A DNA stretch of 64,000 nucleotides from an uncultured cyanobacterium (GCA_963807635.1 CAWEDJ010000036.1:20332-84331), one strand, 5' to 3'. Shown: positions 44,430 through 55,315, numbered from the stretch's first letter. The notes: generated from the sequence alone by a model not told the origin. Program-made: numbers and translations.

Positions 44430-44514
44430 AACTGCTTAAAAACTATTTCTTATTGAAGTCTATTATTCGTTGACGTAAATTGTAATAAAAATAAATTTTT
44501 CTAATTGAAAAACA

Positions 44515-45285
44515 TTATAATTTGTCAAGAAACGAAAGAGGGCGATTCATCTGGGACGCAAAGCCTAAAATACCTTTGTCTTGATGTTTATACAGTAAAT
44601 TTCCCTTAGCATCAAACAAAAAAGTTCCTCCCCGTTGGGTGAGATAGGCTCCATTTGGGACATAGGTTTTCCAATGGCTCAAAACTTCTGTCATATTCCG
44701 CAATCGCAGGGTCGCTAGTTCAAAGGGACGTTGAAAATTTTTACCACCTGCTAGGTTAAAAAACGATCCTTTAATCGGGGGTAAGGGTTTGGCCTGAATA
44801 ACCTCTTCTTCTTCAATCAGTTGAGGAGCTTGACGATCGCCTAAATAACCGCGAAATACCTCAGCGAGAGTTCCTGAACTGCCGATTCCCGCACACATCA
44901 ACATTAAATTTAACCAGGCATTTTGAGTAACCGATAGTCCTGGCATTTTAAGGGTCAGTCCCCGATAAAGATTGAGTTTTGCATGAATTTCTGCCGTTGG
45001 ATCAATCAATAAGCAGTCTTCAGGAAATTGGGTATAAGTACAAAATTTTTGCCCCGAAACGCGATCGCCGATTCCCACCGCACGAATCACAATGTCGTGT
45101 TCTTGCAACCGCTTGGATTCTCGTTTTAGCCACCAGGCATATTCCAGACTATCAAAATCACCGAGTTGGGGCAGAATAATCACTAAAATACGGCTTGCTG
45201 ATTCACAATCACTTAAGATTGGCAAAAACTTTCCATCGCTGACCCGTTGGCATTGCGTTTGTTCAATAATCCCGTAGTCACTCAA
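44515..45285 (-). CDS. Peroxiredoxin-like (AhpC/TSA-2) family protein
   Basis: PQLGDFDSLEYA, QRPFELATLRLRNM, LTQRGGTFLFD. Confidence 0.75.
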   Translation of the reverse strand: MSDYGIIEQTQCQRVSDGKFLPILSDCESASRILVIILPQLGDFDSLEYAWWLKRESKRLQEHDIVIRAVGIGDRVSGQKFCTYTQFPEDCLLIDPTAEIHAKLNLYRGLTLKMPGLSVTQNAWLNLMLMCAGIGSSGTLAEVFRGYLGDRQAPQLIEEEEVIQAKPLPPIKGSFFNLAGGKNFQRPFELATLRLRNMTEVLSHWKTYVPNGAYLTQRGGTFLFDAKGNLLYKHQDKGILGFASQMNRPLSFLDKL

Positions 45286-45329
45286 ATTATGGCTCTCCTT
45301 ATAAATTAAATATGCTTGAAAAACGAAGA

Positions 45330-46271
45330 TTAAACCACTGAACCCAAATTTTTAATCTCTTCAGGACTCATTGACCAACCTAACGCCCCCGCATTTTGGA
45401 TCGCTTGTTTGGCGTTTTTTGCCCCTGGAATCGGGATAACATTTCCCTGACTAATCAACCAATTTAAGGAAACTTGAGCAGGGGTTTTGTCGTATTTTTC
45501 GGCAATTTTTTCAATTTCAGCCAATAGAGGAGCCAATTTTTTGAGACCCTGGGGACTGAAACGGGGATCAATACGACGTGCGCCCTGCAATTCGCTCACA
45601 TTTTCGGGAGTATATTTCCCTGTGAGTAATCCCTGGGCGAGGGGACTGTAGGCCAAAATGGTAACGCCGAGTTGGCGGGCTTTTTCCAAAATACCGTTAC
45701 TCTCAATTTGTCGAGTCAGGAGGGAATAGGGGACTTGATTAGTGGCGAGGGGAATCCCTTTTTCTGCTAAAACCTGATGGGCAATGGTCATTTGTTCCGC
45801 ACTATAATTACTGACCCCTACCGCTTGAATGCGGCCTTTTTTGACTTCTGCCGCCAAAACTTCCATAAAATCTTGGGTTTTGAGAAAAAACTCCAGGGGC
45901 CAATGGATTTGATAGAGACAAATTTCCGACATTTGTAGTCTTTCCAAACTTGCGGTTAGGGCTTCGGCGATCGCGGCTCGGTTCCATCGCCAGGGAACAG
46001 GAAAATATTTAGTTGCCAATTGAATGGGTTGTTCCGTCTGTTGGGCAAATCGACCGATTAAGCGTTCTGATTCCCCAAAACCGTAGATTTCTGCCGTATC
46101 AAAAAAAGTAATACCTGCGGAGAGGGATGCCTGAAATGCGTCTGCGATGTCCGATTCCCCAAAATTTTTGCCATAGGCCCAAAAAAGAGGATCTCCCCAG
46201 GCCCAAGTTCCCACTCCCAAAGCACTGACCGAAGGGCCATTCTGACCGAGTTTGACTGTTTCCATGATCAA
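45330..46271 (-). CDS. Aldo/keto reductase
   Basis: LGVGTWAWG, FFDTAEIYG, YQIHWP, VGVSNY, AYSPLAQG, PIPGAK. Confidence 0.93.
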   Translation of the reverse strand: MIMETVKLGQNGPSVSALGVGTWAWGDPLFWAYGKNFGESDIADAFQASLSAGITFFDTAEIYGFGESERLIGRFAQQTEQPIQLATKYFPVPWRWNRAAIAEALTASLERLQMSEICLYQIHWPLEFFLKTQDFMEVLAAEVKKGRIQAVGVSNYSAEQMTIAHQVLAEKGIPLATNQVPYSLLTRQIESNGILEKARQLGVTILAYSPLAQGLLTGKYTPENVSELQGARRIDPRFSPQGLKKLAPLLAEIEKIAEKYDKTPAQVSLNWLISQGNVIPIPGAKNAKQAIQNAGALGWSMSPEEIKNLGSVV

Positions 46272-46495
46272 TTATCTGAAGGATTTCTTTATATTGTGTA
46301 ACATTTTTGAGCAAAAATCCTTAGAAATTATTTCAACTCCAAGAAAATTGTCAAGTTGTCGTAATAATTGTTTATAATAATCGTAACAAAACTTAATTCA
46401 TATTTTTCTTTTGTCTAAAGCTCTTTAAAAGCTATAAAAATCTATTTCAGTCCGATATCGCAAAAAACGCTCACTTCACTCAGGATAATTAGTCT

Positions 46496-46765
46496 ATGTT
46501 CCCCAATCTTTTTGAAGCAACGAAAACCTACTGGCGCAAGTTAGATGAGCTGGAAGCGGCCTATCAGCAAGGGAAGGTTTCTACTGAAGTGGTCAATGAA
46601 ACGGTCGCAGAATTGATGGCCGAACTTGCCCAAGAACGTCGCGCCGCCTTCACATTTGTTGTACAGACGGGACAACATTGGTTAGGGCAACAAAAAGACA
46701 CGCTTTTGGGTTTAGCTATTTTCGCGATCGCGATTTATGGTTGGGTTTGTCTAAAAGTTTGGTAA
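46496..46765 (+). CDS. Small hypothetical protein with C-terminal TM helix
   Basis: AGGA upstream; helical N-terminus and hydrophobic C-terminus. Confidence 0.6.
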   Translation: MFPNLFEATKTYWRKLDELEAAYQQGKVSTEVVNETVAELMAELAQERRAAFTFVVQTGQHWLGQQKDTLLGLAIFAIAIYGWVCLKVW

Positions 46766-46862
46766 AGTGCGAGTTTTAGGATTGAGCTTTATTATTCTGT
46801 GAATCAGGCTTGAGATGGGATGTTAAGATGTTAGAACTATTACTGAGTCAAAATTAATAGGG

Positions 46863-48191
46863 ATGCACTTACAACGAGTTCAGGTTCCAGATTTTCGGGT
46901 ATTGAAAGATATTGATATTACTTTCGAGAAAGATTTTTTTCCTCGGATTTTCCCGCTGGGTAGTTTAAATGGTGGGGGAAAAAGTACTTTGTTGCAATTA
47001 ATTTTTATTTTATTGCATTGCTCTGCTGATGCTGAGAAACACAAATTTATCCGAAATTTGCTAGAACGTTTTTCAATTCCTGAAGGTGTAGATAAAAAAA
47101 CATTAGCTACGTTTGAGATTTGGGATGGAGAGAAAATTGTTAATCTAGAATTTTTTACTTGCCAAGATAGCTATATCAAACAACTGACAAACTTAACATT
47201 TGATGAAGAGGACAAAGATGTTGTTAATTCTTCCATTGAATTGCCTAAAATCGAAAATTGGTTACGCAATAAACAATCAATAAACTTCAGAAAAAAAAAT
47301 TATTTAGAACGGTTAGAGAATCCCAGAGATGATGAACAAGTAGAACAAATACACAATTTCTTAGAAGACTTTAATAGGAAGGAGCCATTTTTTAATGATT
47401 TTTTTGCTGGGACATTAAACAATAATGGTCAAAACTTGAAATATATTTGTGATTATTCTTTAAATTTGAGTAATTCTAAACTAAAACTTAACTTAATTTG
47501 TAGTATTGAATCAAATCATGAAATCAATTCTTTTTTGCGGGATATATCAGGAAAAATATTTTTAGCCGCTCCTTCTACTCAAGTTTTTCTTTTTCTTAAT
47601 CCTGAATATAGAAAACTTTTATTTCAACAAAATCAGGGCAAGGAAAACTATTCTCTAAGAACTCAAGAAGCAAAATCTAAACTGATTAACTTTTATCCAT
47701 ACGATCCTCTGTCTGTTGATATCCTTATTGACACTTTTAAGAGATGCGGAGATCAAGATTTTGAAGTGATGAGAGAAACAGGTCAATATGCGAACAACTG
47801 TAAGAGTTTTTTGAACGATGTTAATACTTTGTTGATTGATAAAAAAATTAATATTGCTAAGGGGCTATCAACTATTAATTTTACAGCAGAACGGAATGGT
47901 GAAACCATAGAACTATATCCCGAAGATTTAAGTCATGGCGAACTCAAAAGACTCAGTTTATACGTTTGGCTCAAATATAGTAATATTGAAAATGCGATTA
48001 TCTTATTTGATGAAATTGAAATTGCACTCCATCCCGATTGGCAATATAAAATTATTAGAGATTTAGAAGAATGGGGGCCAACTAACCAATATATTTTAGC
48101 TACCCATTCCTATGAACTTTGCCAAGCTTTAACCCCTGCTCATGTTAAAGAAATTGAACCGAAACTTTTGAATAATATTAACAATCAGTAA
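46863..48191 (+). CDS. ABC-type ATPase (AAA_15/AAA_21-like)
   Basis: Walker A GSLNGGGKS, signature LSHGE, Walker B ILFDEIE, ALHP, H-switch LATHS; no TM segments. Confidence 0.85.
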   Translation: MHLQRVQVPDFRVLKDIDITFEKDFFPRIFPLGSLNGGGKSTLLQLIFILLHCSADAEKHKFIRNLLERFSIPEGVDKKTLATFEIWDGEKIVNLEFFTCQDSYIKQLTNLTFDEEDKDVVNSSIELPKIENWLRNKQSINFRKKNYLERLENPRDDEQVEQIHNFLEDFNRKEPFFNDFFAGTLNNNGQNLKYICDYSLNLSNSKLKLNLICSIESNHEINSFLRDISGKIFLAAPSTQVFLFLNPEYRKLLFQQNQGKENYSLRTQEAKSKLINFYPYDPLSVDILIDTFKRCGDQDFEVMRETGQYANNCKSFLNDVNTLLIDKKINIAKGLSTINFTAERNGETIELYPEDLSHGELKRLSLYVWLKYSNIENAIILFDEIEIALHPDWQYKIIRDLEEWGPTNQYILATHSYELCQALTPAHVKEIEPKLLNNINNQ

Positions 48192-49183
48192 TGAGTTTTG
48201 ATGCCCAGCAACTTGAAGAACATTGTCAAACGATTCTGCAATCTCGTCGCATTCAAAATAAAATTGTCATCTTGTGTGAAGGTAGTTTTGCCCCCATTAA
48301 AGGTCGGCGATCGCCTCAATGCTATGGACGAATGGAAGATTTTCCAGACGCAAACTTTTATAAAGCCTGTGTTCCGCAAAAACATAATCAATATTTACCT
48401 GAATTCTTTAATTGCGGCGATTGCTCAACAGTTATAGCAACCTACTTTAAACTGTTAGAACTGCACGATCAAAACCCCAAAAACTCGTATCTAACACCCA
48501 AGAATTTATTCACTCTAGTTGATTTAGATATTCAAATCAGACCAATTTATGACTATTCTTTTTCGGACACAGAAAGCATTTTTGAAAATCTCTACTGTCA
48601 ATTTAAAGTCAATAAAAAAAATGTAACTAGCCATCGTATTTGGACAACAGGTTTAATTCACAAAGAAGCCTATTTTTTAATACCAGAACTGCAAACAGAG
48701 TTATTTGATAAATTAGTAATTTTGGGCTGTGATAGTAAACCAGAATATAAAAATGAGCCTCTTTCTTTAGAAACGATCTATTGGGATATGATTAATTCTC
48801 TATCTCAAGATAAAGCAATCACAACTAATTTTAAAACTGTTCAAAACCGTCTAGAAAATCTTGACTTTATTGAAGCTAATGGTGAAGAAATAAGTCCTGA
48901 GCAATTACAAACTATTTTTAAAGAAAAATTTCAAAATACTAAAGATGAGGAGCAAAAACAAAAAATAATTTTGACTTTATTAACAATTAAAAATGCAAAA
49001 ATTGACTACTGGGAGAAAATTAAAACACCAAAGAATTGGCCTCACAAGTCTAAAATCTTTCGAGAACAACTATTGCTTAAAATAGCTGCTTTTTACTCTA
49101 AAAAAAGCAAAAATCCTCAATATCATATTCCCTACTTTCTGGAAACTGCCCAGGAAATTTCAGAGAATAACGACAGCCCATAG
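48191..49183 (+). CDS. Putative TOPRIM-like (DUF4435/OLD-type) protein coupled to the ATPase
   Basis: TAATG overlap with the ATPase; IVILCEG, LVDLD (DxD) and HKEAYFL motifs. Confidence 0.6.
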   Translation: MSFDAQQLEEHCQTILQSRRIQNKIVILCEGSFAPIKGRRSPQCYGRMEDFPDANFYKACVPQKHNQYLPEFFNCGDCSTVIATYFKLLELHDQNPKNSYLTPKNLFTLVDLDIQIRPIYDYSFSDTESIFENLYCQFKVNKKNVTSHRIWTTGLIHKEAYFLIPELQTELFDKLVILGCDSKPEYKNEPLSLETIYWDMINSLSQDKAITTNFKTVQNRLENLDFIEANGEEISPEQLQTIFKEKFQNTKDEEQKQKIILTLLTIKNAKIDYWEKIKTPKNWPHKSKIFREQLLLKIAAFYSKKSKNPQYHIPYFLETAQEISENNDSP

Positions 49184-49252
49184 AAATAAAATCCCCACCC
49201 AAGAAACAATTGGAAAGGGAATAAAATTTAATTTGACAGTAAAAGATTGTAA

Positions 49253-49777
49253 TTACTGGGGCATATCAGGAGGAGAATCAGGAGCAACGCGATCGCCTTT
49301 TTTATTGCGCCAATTTTCTCGACGTTGATCCATTAATTGGGCAAATTGTTTACGTTGATCTGGGTTAAGGACATCTCGACTTTCTAACATACTTTGGAAA
49401 CGAAGTTTGTCTAACTGTTGCCGTAATCCCATGACTTGATCATGTTTGGCCATGATCGTATTAGCAGGAGTTGTACCATCCATCATGGTTTTTAATTCCT
49501 GTTGATTTTGGCGTAATTGCTCATGAAGTTGCTTCATTTGTCCTTGGTATTTCTGACGAATAGCCGTCAATTGTTGTTGTTGCTGGCTACTAAGATTAAG
49601 TTGTTTCATCAACGCTTCAGGCCCTTCTCCTTTTCGCATTAAGCGAGTACGGGATTGAGCAATTAAATTCGGTTCAAAGGATGGAGAAGAAGAATTAATC
49701 GGAGCGGCAAAAACAATATTACTGCCAACGGTCGTGGAAAACAGGATCGTTAACAAACTAGTAGAACGAATCGACAT
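49253..49777 (-). CDS. Spy/CpxP-family periplasmic chaperone
   Basis: Signal peptide; LNLSSQQQQQL and VLNPDQR (LTxxQ-like motifs). Confidence 0.85.
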   Translation of the reverse strand: MSIRSTSLLTILFSTTVGSNIVFAAPINSSSPSFEPNLIAQSRTRLMRKGEGPEALMKQLNLSSQQQQQLTAIRQKYQGQMKQLHEQLRQNQQELKTMMDGTTPANTIMAKHDQVMGLRQQLDKLRFQSMLESRDVLNPDQRKQFAQLMDQRRENWRNKKGDRVAPDSPPDMPQ

Positions 49778-49835
49778 GGTATAAACCTCTAAAATTTTTG
49801 CGGATAGTGCGGATGAGTACAGACGGAATAGTGGG

Positions 49836-50231
49836 TTAATCGGTAGTAGTAGTTTCAGAATTCGTTAATGTCTGCCATTGATTAACCAGGGCGGGATCGG
49901 CATGGAGGCTTGCAGGGGGATCAGCCACATTTTGCCAATTATCAACCAAAAAAGCGGCTAATTCTTGAGATTGGGAATCCTGGGATGCAAAATTCGGAGT
50001 CGGTTCTAACCAACGAGAGGCTCCCCACGCTAAACACGTTACTGCCGCGATCGCTGAAGGAATAATCCAAAGTCTGCGACTCATTGACGAAGACCGAGGA
50101 TGTTGCTGAACCATCGCCATCACCCTTTTTTCTAAATCATTGGGAGGCGAGGGGGCGATCGGTCGGTAATGCTTGAGAAATTGAACTAAGTTGTTGTCTT
50201 TGTCGGGATTATGATTCGGAAATTGACGCAT
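49836..50231 (-). CDS. Putative membrane anti-sigma factor
   Basis: Overlaps the sigma gene's 3' end; single TM helix (LWIIPSAIAAVTCLAWG). Confidence 0.65.
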   Translation of the reverse strand: MRQFPNHNPDKDNNLVQFLKHYRPIAPSPPNDLEKRVMAMVQQHPRSSSMSRRLWIIPSAIAAVTCLAWGASRWLEPTPNFASQDSQSQELAAFLVDNWQNVADPPASLHADPALVNQWQTLTNSETTTTD

Positions 50232-50799
50232 TATGAACTCCTTGCTGCTGTAAAAAAGTGCGGATAGCTTGTCTTGCATAAAAAAGACGCGACTTAACCG
50301 TGCCACTCGGTAAATTCAGAATCTCCGCAACTTCTTTTTGGGGCAAATCCTCTAAGTCATGGAGAACTAAAACGGCTCGATGATCTAGACTTAGGGACTG
50401 TAAGCCTCGCTGGATAACGTCTTGATAATGTAACTGCATTAAATTAGGGCTATCCTGGGGACGAGACAAACGAGTTTCAACCTCAGTCAGATCTTCGGCA
50501 ACAGAAGCACCATATTTGGCAAATTGTCGCCGCTCATCGGTCGCCACGTTCCAGGTAATTCGGTAAAGCCAGGTGGAAAAATAGGCTGTTTCCCGAAGTT
50601 TGGGTAGGCCTTTCCAGACTCGTAAAAACACTTCTTGAACAAGATCATCCAGTCGATTGTTTCCACACAATTGGTAAAGCGTGGATCTTACTTTGGGTTG
50701 ATAACGTCGATAAAGATGTTGAAAAGAGCCAGAATCTCCCCGTTGACATTGGATTACTAACGCTTTGTCAGTTTTCCCAGTTCGATTTTCCACTAACAC
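50209..50799 (-). CDS. ECF RNA polymerase sigma factor (SigH-like)
   Basis: DDLVQEVFLRVW, FSTWLYRITWN, EVAEILNLPSGTVKSRLFYAR. Confidence 0.9.
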   Translation of the reverse strand: MLVENRTGKTDKALVIQCQRGDSGSFQHLYRRYQPKVRSTLYQLCGNNRLDDLVQEVFLRVWKGLPKLRETAYFSTWLYRITWNVATDERRQFAKYGASVAEDLTEVETRLSRPQDSPNLMQLHYQDVIQRGLQSLSLDHRAVLVLHDLEDLPQKEVAEILNLPSGTVKSRLFYARQAIRTFLQQQGVHNASISES

Positions 50800-50856
50800 C
50801 TAATTAACCTCAGCGCGTGGTTACAGGAGTTTAGACATCACCCTGATCCAAAAGGT

Positions 50857-52116
50857 TCAATGTTTCAACGCACGATGCCCAATGTCTCGTCGGTAATACT
50901 TTCCTTCAAAGTCAATTTTTTCGACTGCTTGATACACTTGGGCGATCGCGTCGGTAAAGGTTGCGCCCATCGCTGTAACTCCTAGAACCCTCCCCCCATC
51001 GGTTAATAATTGCCCTGACTGCATCTTGGTTCCTGCATGGAAAACAACGGCGGGTTGCTGTTCGGCTTGATCTATTCCTGTAATTATTTTTTCTTTTTCA
51101 TAAGTTCCTGGATAACCTGCGGATGCCAGGACAACACAGACGGAACTAGCGGCTTTCCATTGCAACGGGGGGAATTCACTCAAACGCTGTTCAGCGCAGG
51201 CCAATAAAACCTCTTCTAAGGGAGTTTCTAACAGGGGCAAAATTGCCTGGGTTTCAGGATCGCCAAAACGACAGTTATATTCCAAAAGCTTGATCTTTCC
51301 TTCATGTACCATCAAACCTGCATACAATACACCCCGATAATCAATGCCCCGTTTGCGGAGAGTTTCAACAGTCGGTTGCAAGACTTCCTGGGTGATTTTT
51401 TCCATCAATTCGGTCGGCGCGATCGGGGCGGGGGCATAAACTCCCATGCCGCCTGTATTATTGCCCGTATCTCCTTCGCCAATGCGTTTGTGGTCTTGGG
51501 CGGGTAACAAAGGACGGACGGTAATCCCATCGGTTAGGGCTAAAACGGAAACTTCTTCCCCGACTAAAAATTCTTCTACGACTAATTTTTTAAAACCCAA
51601 TTCAAATAATTCGGCGATCGCGTTTTGGGCTTCTTCCATCGTACTCGCTACAATTACGCCTTTTCCTGCCGCTAATCCGTCAGCTTTAACCACAATCGGC
51701 GCACCCTGTTGAGCAATATATTCCTGGGCAAGTTTTGCATTAGTAAAAGTTTCTCCCAGGGCAGTGGGAACACCTGCTTCATCCATTAATGCCTTGCCCA
51801 GGACTTACTCGCTTCAATTTGCGCACCAACCTGATCGGGCCAAAGACTTTAATATTTTCGGCTTGTAAATAATTGGTAATCCCTAAAGAAAGGGGGACTT
51901 CTGACCGACGATAACCAAATCAACCTGATTATCCTTACATAACTCACTAATTCCTGCAAAATCCTCTACAGAAAGGGGAATATTTTCGCATTTAGCTAAA
52001 TTAGCCGTTCCCCCATTGCCAGGCACACAAAGACACAGATTCACCTGGGCAGATTGCACCAGTTTCCAAGCGATCGCGTGTTCTCGCCCTCCATTCCCGA
52101 CTACTAAAACTTTCAC
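50857..52116 (-). CDS. purD: Phosphoribosylamine-glycine ligase; three apparent 1-nt deletions at ~51903, ~51840 and ~51796
   Basis: VVGNGGREHA, VKADGLAAGKGV, QDHKRIGEGDTG, EYNCRFGDPETQ. Confidence 0.95.
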
Positions 52117-52200
52117 GATTACCCCTTATTTTCTAATTTATCTATTTTTTCAGATTATCAGGATTTTCTACCCAAGTCAGTCTTTGTTTGAAGAGAATTA

Positions 52201-53361
52201 TTATATATCCTGAATCACTAAATTATCACGATGAATCACGGTTTCTGCGTCAATATAGCCTAAAATAGCCGCAATTTCATCGGAATGATGACCTTTGATT
52301 TGAGCAATTTCCCCGCTACTGTAATTCACTAAACCCCGTCCCATTTCCTTACCCTGGCGATCGCAAATTCGCACCGCATCGGATGCTAAAAACTCGCCTT
52401 CAACTTGGGTAATTCCTGCGGGCAACAAAGACTTTCCGCCCTTACAAAGAGCCTTAATAGCCCCATTATCTAGGTAAAGCGTTCCCAAAGGCAGTAATCC
52501 GTAGGCAATCCAACGTTTTCTCGCATTTTCAGTTCGTAATTGGGGTTCAAATTGGGTTCCTAGACTTTCTCCCGCGAGAATTTTGGCAATATTTTGGGGA
52601 TCTTTACCGTGAGTAATAACGGTTCTGACTCCCGAACCCGTTGCAATCCGAGCCGCCGTTAATTTGGTCATCATGCCCCCCGTTCCCCATTGAGAGCCGC
52701 TACTACCCGCATCGACTTGTAATTGATTCAATTCTGTTGCTGTGACGAGGGAAATGGGTTTTGCATCGGGATTAGAGCGGGGATCGGCGGAATATAGCCT
52801 ATCCACATCGGTCAGAATAAATAACCAATCGGCTTCGATTAAACTGGCCACCAGAGCCGAAAGGGTGTCATTATCGCCAAATTTTAGTTCTTCGATCGCG
52901 ACTGTATCATTTTCATTGACGATCGCAATTACGCCTAATTCAAATAAAGCCTGAAAAGTATTATTAATATTCACATAGCAACTGCGCTCTATGAGTTCAC
53001 GCCGCGTCAGCAAAATTTGGGCAATGGGTTGTTCCAAACTACTAAATAAATCATCATAAATTCGCATCAATCTGCCCTGTCCCACCGCCGCGATCGCCTG
53101 TTTGGTGGCTATTTTTTTGGGACGTTCCTGAATGCCTAAACGAGCGCATCCGACTCCCACTGCTCCTGAAGAGACTAATACTACCCGATGCCCTAGCTGT
53201 TTCAGTTGAGACAGGGTTTCTACTAAAGACGCGATCGTGGAAAGAGCTAATTGGCCTGTTTGTCCTTGGGTTAGGCTAGAAGTCCCAATTTTGATAACAA
53301 TAGTTTGTGTTTCAAAAGTATTAATTGCTTTTTGATGATTAATTCCTGAGAGACTAGGCAT
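52201..53361 (-). CDS. proB: Glutamate 5-kinase with PUA domain; first ~17 aa appear HicA-derived
   Basis: [46 protein letters not shown]. Confidence 0.95.
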   Translation of the reverse strand: MPSLSGINHQKAINTFETQTIVIKIGTSSLTQGQTGQLALSTIASLVETLSQLKQLGHRVVLVSSGAVGVGCARLGIQERPKKIATKQAIAAVGQGRLMRIYDDLFSSLEQPIAQILLTRRELIERSCYVNINNTFQALFELGVIAIVNENDTVAIEELKFGDNDTLSALVASLIEADWLFILTDVDRLYSADPRSNPDAKPISLVTATELNQLQVDAGSSGSQWGTGGMMTKLTAARIATGSGVRTVITHGKDPQNIAKILAGESLGTQFEPQLRTENARKRWIAYGLLPLGTLYLDNGAIKALCKGGKSLLPAGITQVEGEFLASDAVRICDRQGKEMGRGLVNYSSGEIAQIKGHHSDEIAAILGYIDAETVIHRDNLVIQDI

Positions 53362-53560
53362 GGCTTAGATTGACTTCCACATAACAAGATTCTATGCCTT
53401 GACTGAGTTCCTGAGCAACTTCTAAATAAGACTGAATAGCGTCTTGAATATTCTCAAGAGCTTCTTCTTTGGTTGTTCCTTGGGAAGCACAACCAGGCAA
53501 ACTAGGACACCAAACGGTGTAGCCTTCCTCTGTTTGCTTGAGATTAACTGGATATTGCAT
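53354..53560 (-). CDS. hicB: HicB-family antitoxin (short form)
   Basis: [30 protein letters not shown]. Confidence 0.88.
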   Translation of the reverse strand: MQYPVNLKQTEEGYTVWCPSLPGCASQGTTKEEALENIQDAIQSYLEVAQELSQGIESCYVEVNLSHA

Positions 53561-53701
53561 ATATTTAAGGTATTTAAGGCGTTTTGTCGTTTAATAAAGA
53601 TCAAAAAACTAAAGCCATTCTAACATTTCTGTCGTTCTCATATTTAGAAGGTTTGCGATCTAAAATGAAAGGGGAAGTATTTAGGATTATCAATAAGAAC
53701 T

Positions 53702-54040
53702 ATGACAGTACAACGTTGGACGGATGAAATGCTGGATAATTTGGCTTCCAGTGTGATCGAATTACGGGAAGGCTCGACCGAGTTACGGGAAAGTGTGACT
53801 GAGTTACGGGAAGGTTTTGCGGATGTACGGGAAAGCATTACGGAAATCAAGGACAGCATAGATGGCTTGAGAATAACTTCCCAGGCGTTGTTACAGGTGG
53901 CAGCGCAGAGTCAACGGGATATGGAAGCAATGAAAGAACGACAGGCTGAAATCGAGCAACGGCAAGCGGAAAATGATCAACGGTTTAATATTTTATTGGA
54001 GGAAGTACGTTTTTTGATTCGGGGTAAAACTGACGATTAA
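53702..54040 (+). CDS. Cyanobacterial coiled-coil hypothetical protein with heptad repeats
   Basis: RWTDEMLD...QRFNILLEEVRFL; 21-nt repeats of TACGGGAA encoding (L/V)RE heptads. Confidence 0.7.
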   Translation: MTVQRWTDEMLDNLASSVIELREGSTELRESVTELREGFADVRESITEIKDSIDGLRITSQALLQVAAQSQRDMEAMKERQAEIEQRQAENDQRFNILLEEVRFLIRGKTDD

Positions 54041-54406
54041 TAGTATTTTAATTTGTTAGAGGCGATCGCTGAGGTCAAGAGTTCATAGAAGAGTGCGCTA
54101 ATCGGTACGACACGCTTTTTAAGGGAATTATACGGAAAGTTTCTTAATAAAATCGATATTCGGAATGATATATGGAAAGTTCCGTATAATGAAATTTATA
54201 CTGGCTAGGTGAGGTGAGTTCGGGTTAAGCGTATTTTGAGACATTCTCGATGAAAAAATGAGAACTTCAGTTTATCCCGTATTGACGTTAAGTAGAAAAA
54301 TATGCAGTTTGTTTTCGGAGTCTTAAATTTTAGTGAGTATTAATTACTTTGGTAGTGAAGAATTTCAACACAATTCCTAAAAATTTGTTTACTAAGTGAG
54401 TGGGTA

Positions 54407-55315
54407 ATGAAAAACTTTCACAGAACTCTTACCAATGAAGCTATAGTCGTTAAACGAAAGTGGCGGTTTACTGTCACGGCCAGTATGTTTTTGTTGATAC
54501 TTGAAAGTTTGTTGACATTACCAGCGCAAGCATTTAATCAGCAAGAGCTGGAGACTGTTCTCAGTGGTAAGGATTGTGTCGGATGCGATCTCAGTGGAGC
54601 GGATCTCGTTGCTAGAGATTTAAGCAATATTGTCCTGCGTAATTCTAACTTGAGTCAAGCTAAACTCGGTTTTGCTAACCTGAAAAATGCCGATTTGAGT
54701 GGGGCTAATTTAAGTGGTGCTGAATTGTTCTCGGCATTCCTATACAGTGCTAATTTACGTAAAGCCAACTTGCAGGGTGCGGTTCTGATGGATTCCTATT
54801 TGCATAAAGCCGACCTTGGAGGGGCGAACCTAAGTGGGGCTGATTTGAGTCGGGCATTCCTATTTGATACTAATTTGAAAAAAACTGACCTAAATAAAGC
54901 TAATTTTCAGGGAAGTACCTTGAGCGGAGCTAATTTCAGTGAAACTAACCTGAGTAACACGCTCTTCAAAGAGACCCTTTACGATCAATCTACCCTCTTT
55001 CCTAATGATTTTGATGTTAGGATTGCTGGCTTGGTCACCTCACGATCTACCCCAATAGCAGGAAAGCCAGATCCAGATCGATACGATATCCGACTTGCAG
55101 AACGCCATCAAATCGCTTTGGCAGCCTCTTTTTTAATGTGGGCAGCCGCTGATGAAGCATCTTATGGGGGTTGTCAGGATCGTGCTTGTTATGATCTTCC
55201 CATTGCCCTTACTGAGAAGCTTTTAAAGTTAGACAGGGAAATATTTGGAGAAGAGTCTCCTGAAGTGACTTCTGATCTTTTTTTGCTGGAGAATTTAAGG
55301 CGACTACGGCAATAG
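54407..55315 (+). CDS. Pentapeptide-repeat protein, probably exported
   Basis: Signal-like segment ending AQA; CVGCDLSGADL and many A(N/D)Lxx repeats; C-terminal TPR-like helix. Confidence 0.85.
   Translation: MKNFHRTLTNEAIVVKRKWRFTVTASMFLLILESLLTLPAQAFNQQELETVLSGKDCVGCDLSGADLVARDLSNIVLRNSNLSQAKLGFANLKNADLSGANLSGAELFSAFLYSANLRKANLQGAVLMDSYLHKADLGGANLSGADLSRAFLFDTNLKKTDLNKANFQGSTLSGANFSETNLSNTLFKETLYDQSTLFPNDFDVRIAGLVTSRSTPIAGKPDPDRYDIRLAERHQIALAASFLMWAAADEASYGGCQDRACYDLPIALTEKLLKLDREIFGEESPEVTSDLFLLENLRRLRQ

Noticed and set aside
46863..48191. ATPase as the missing UrtD/UrtE or a glycan exporter subunit
   Set aside because: Its long insert and motif variants do not resemble transporter ATPases, and no permease is adjacent.
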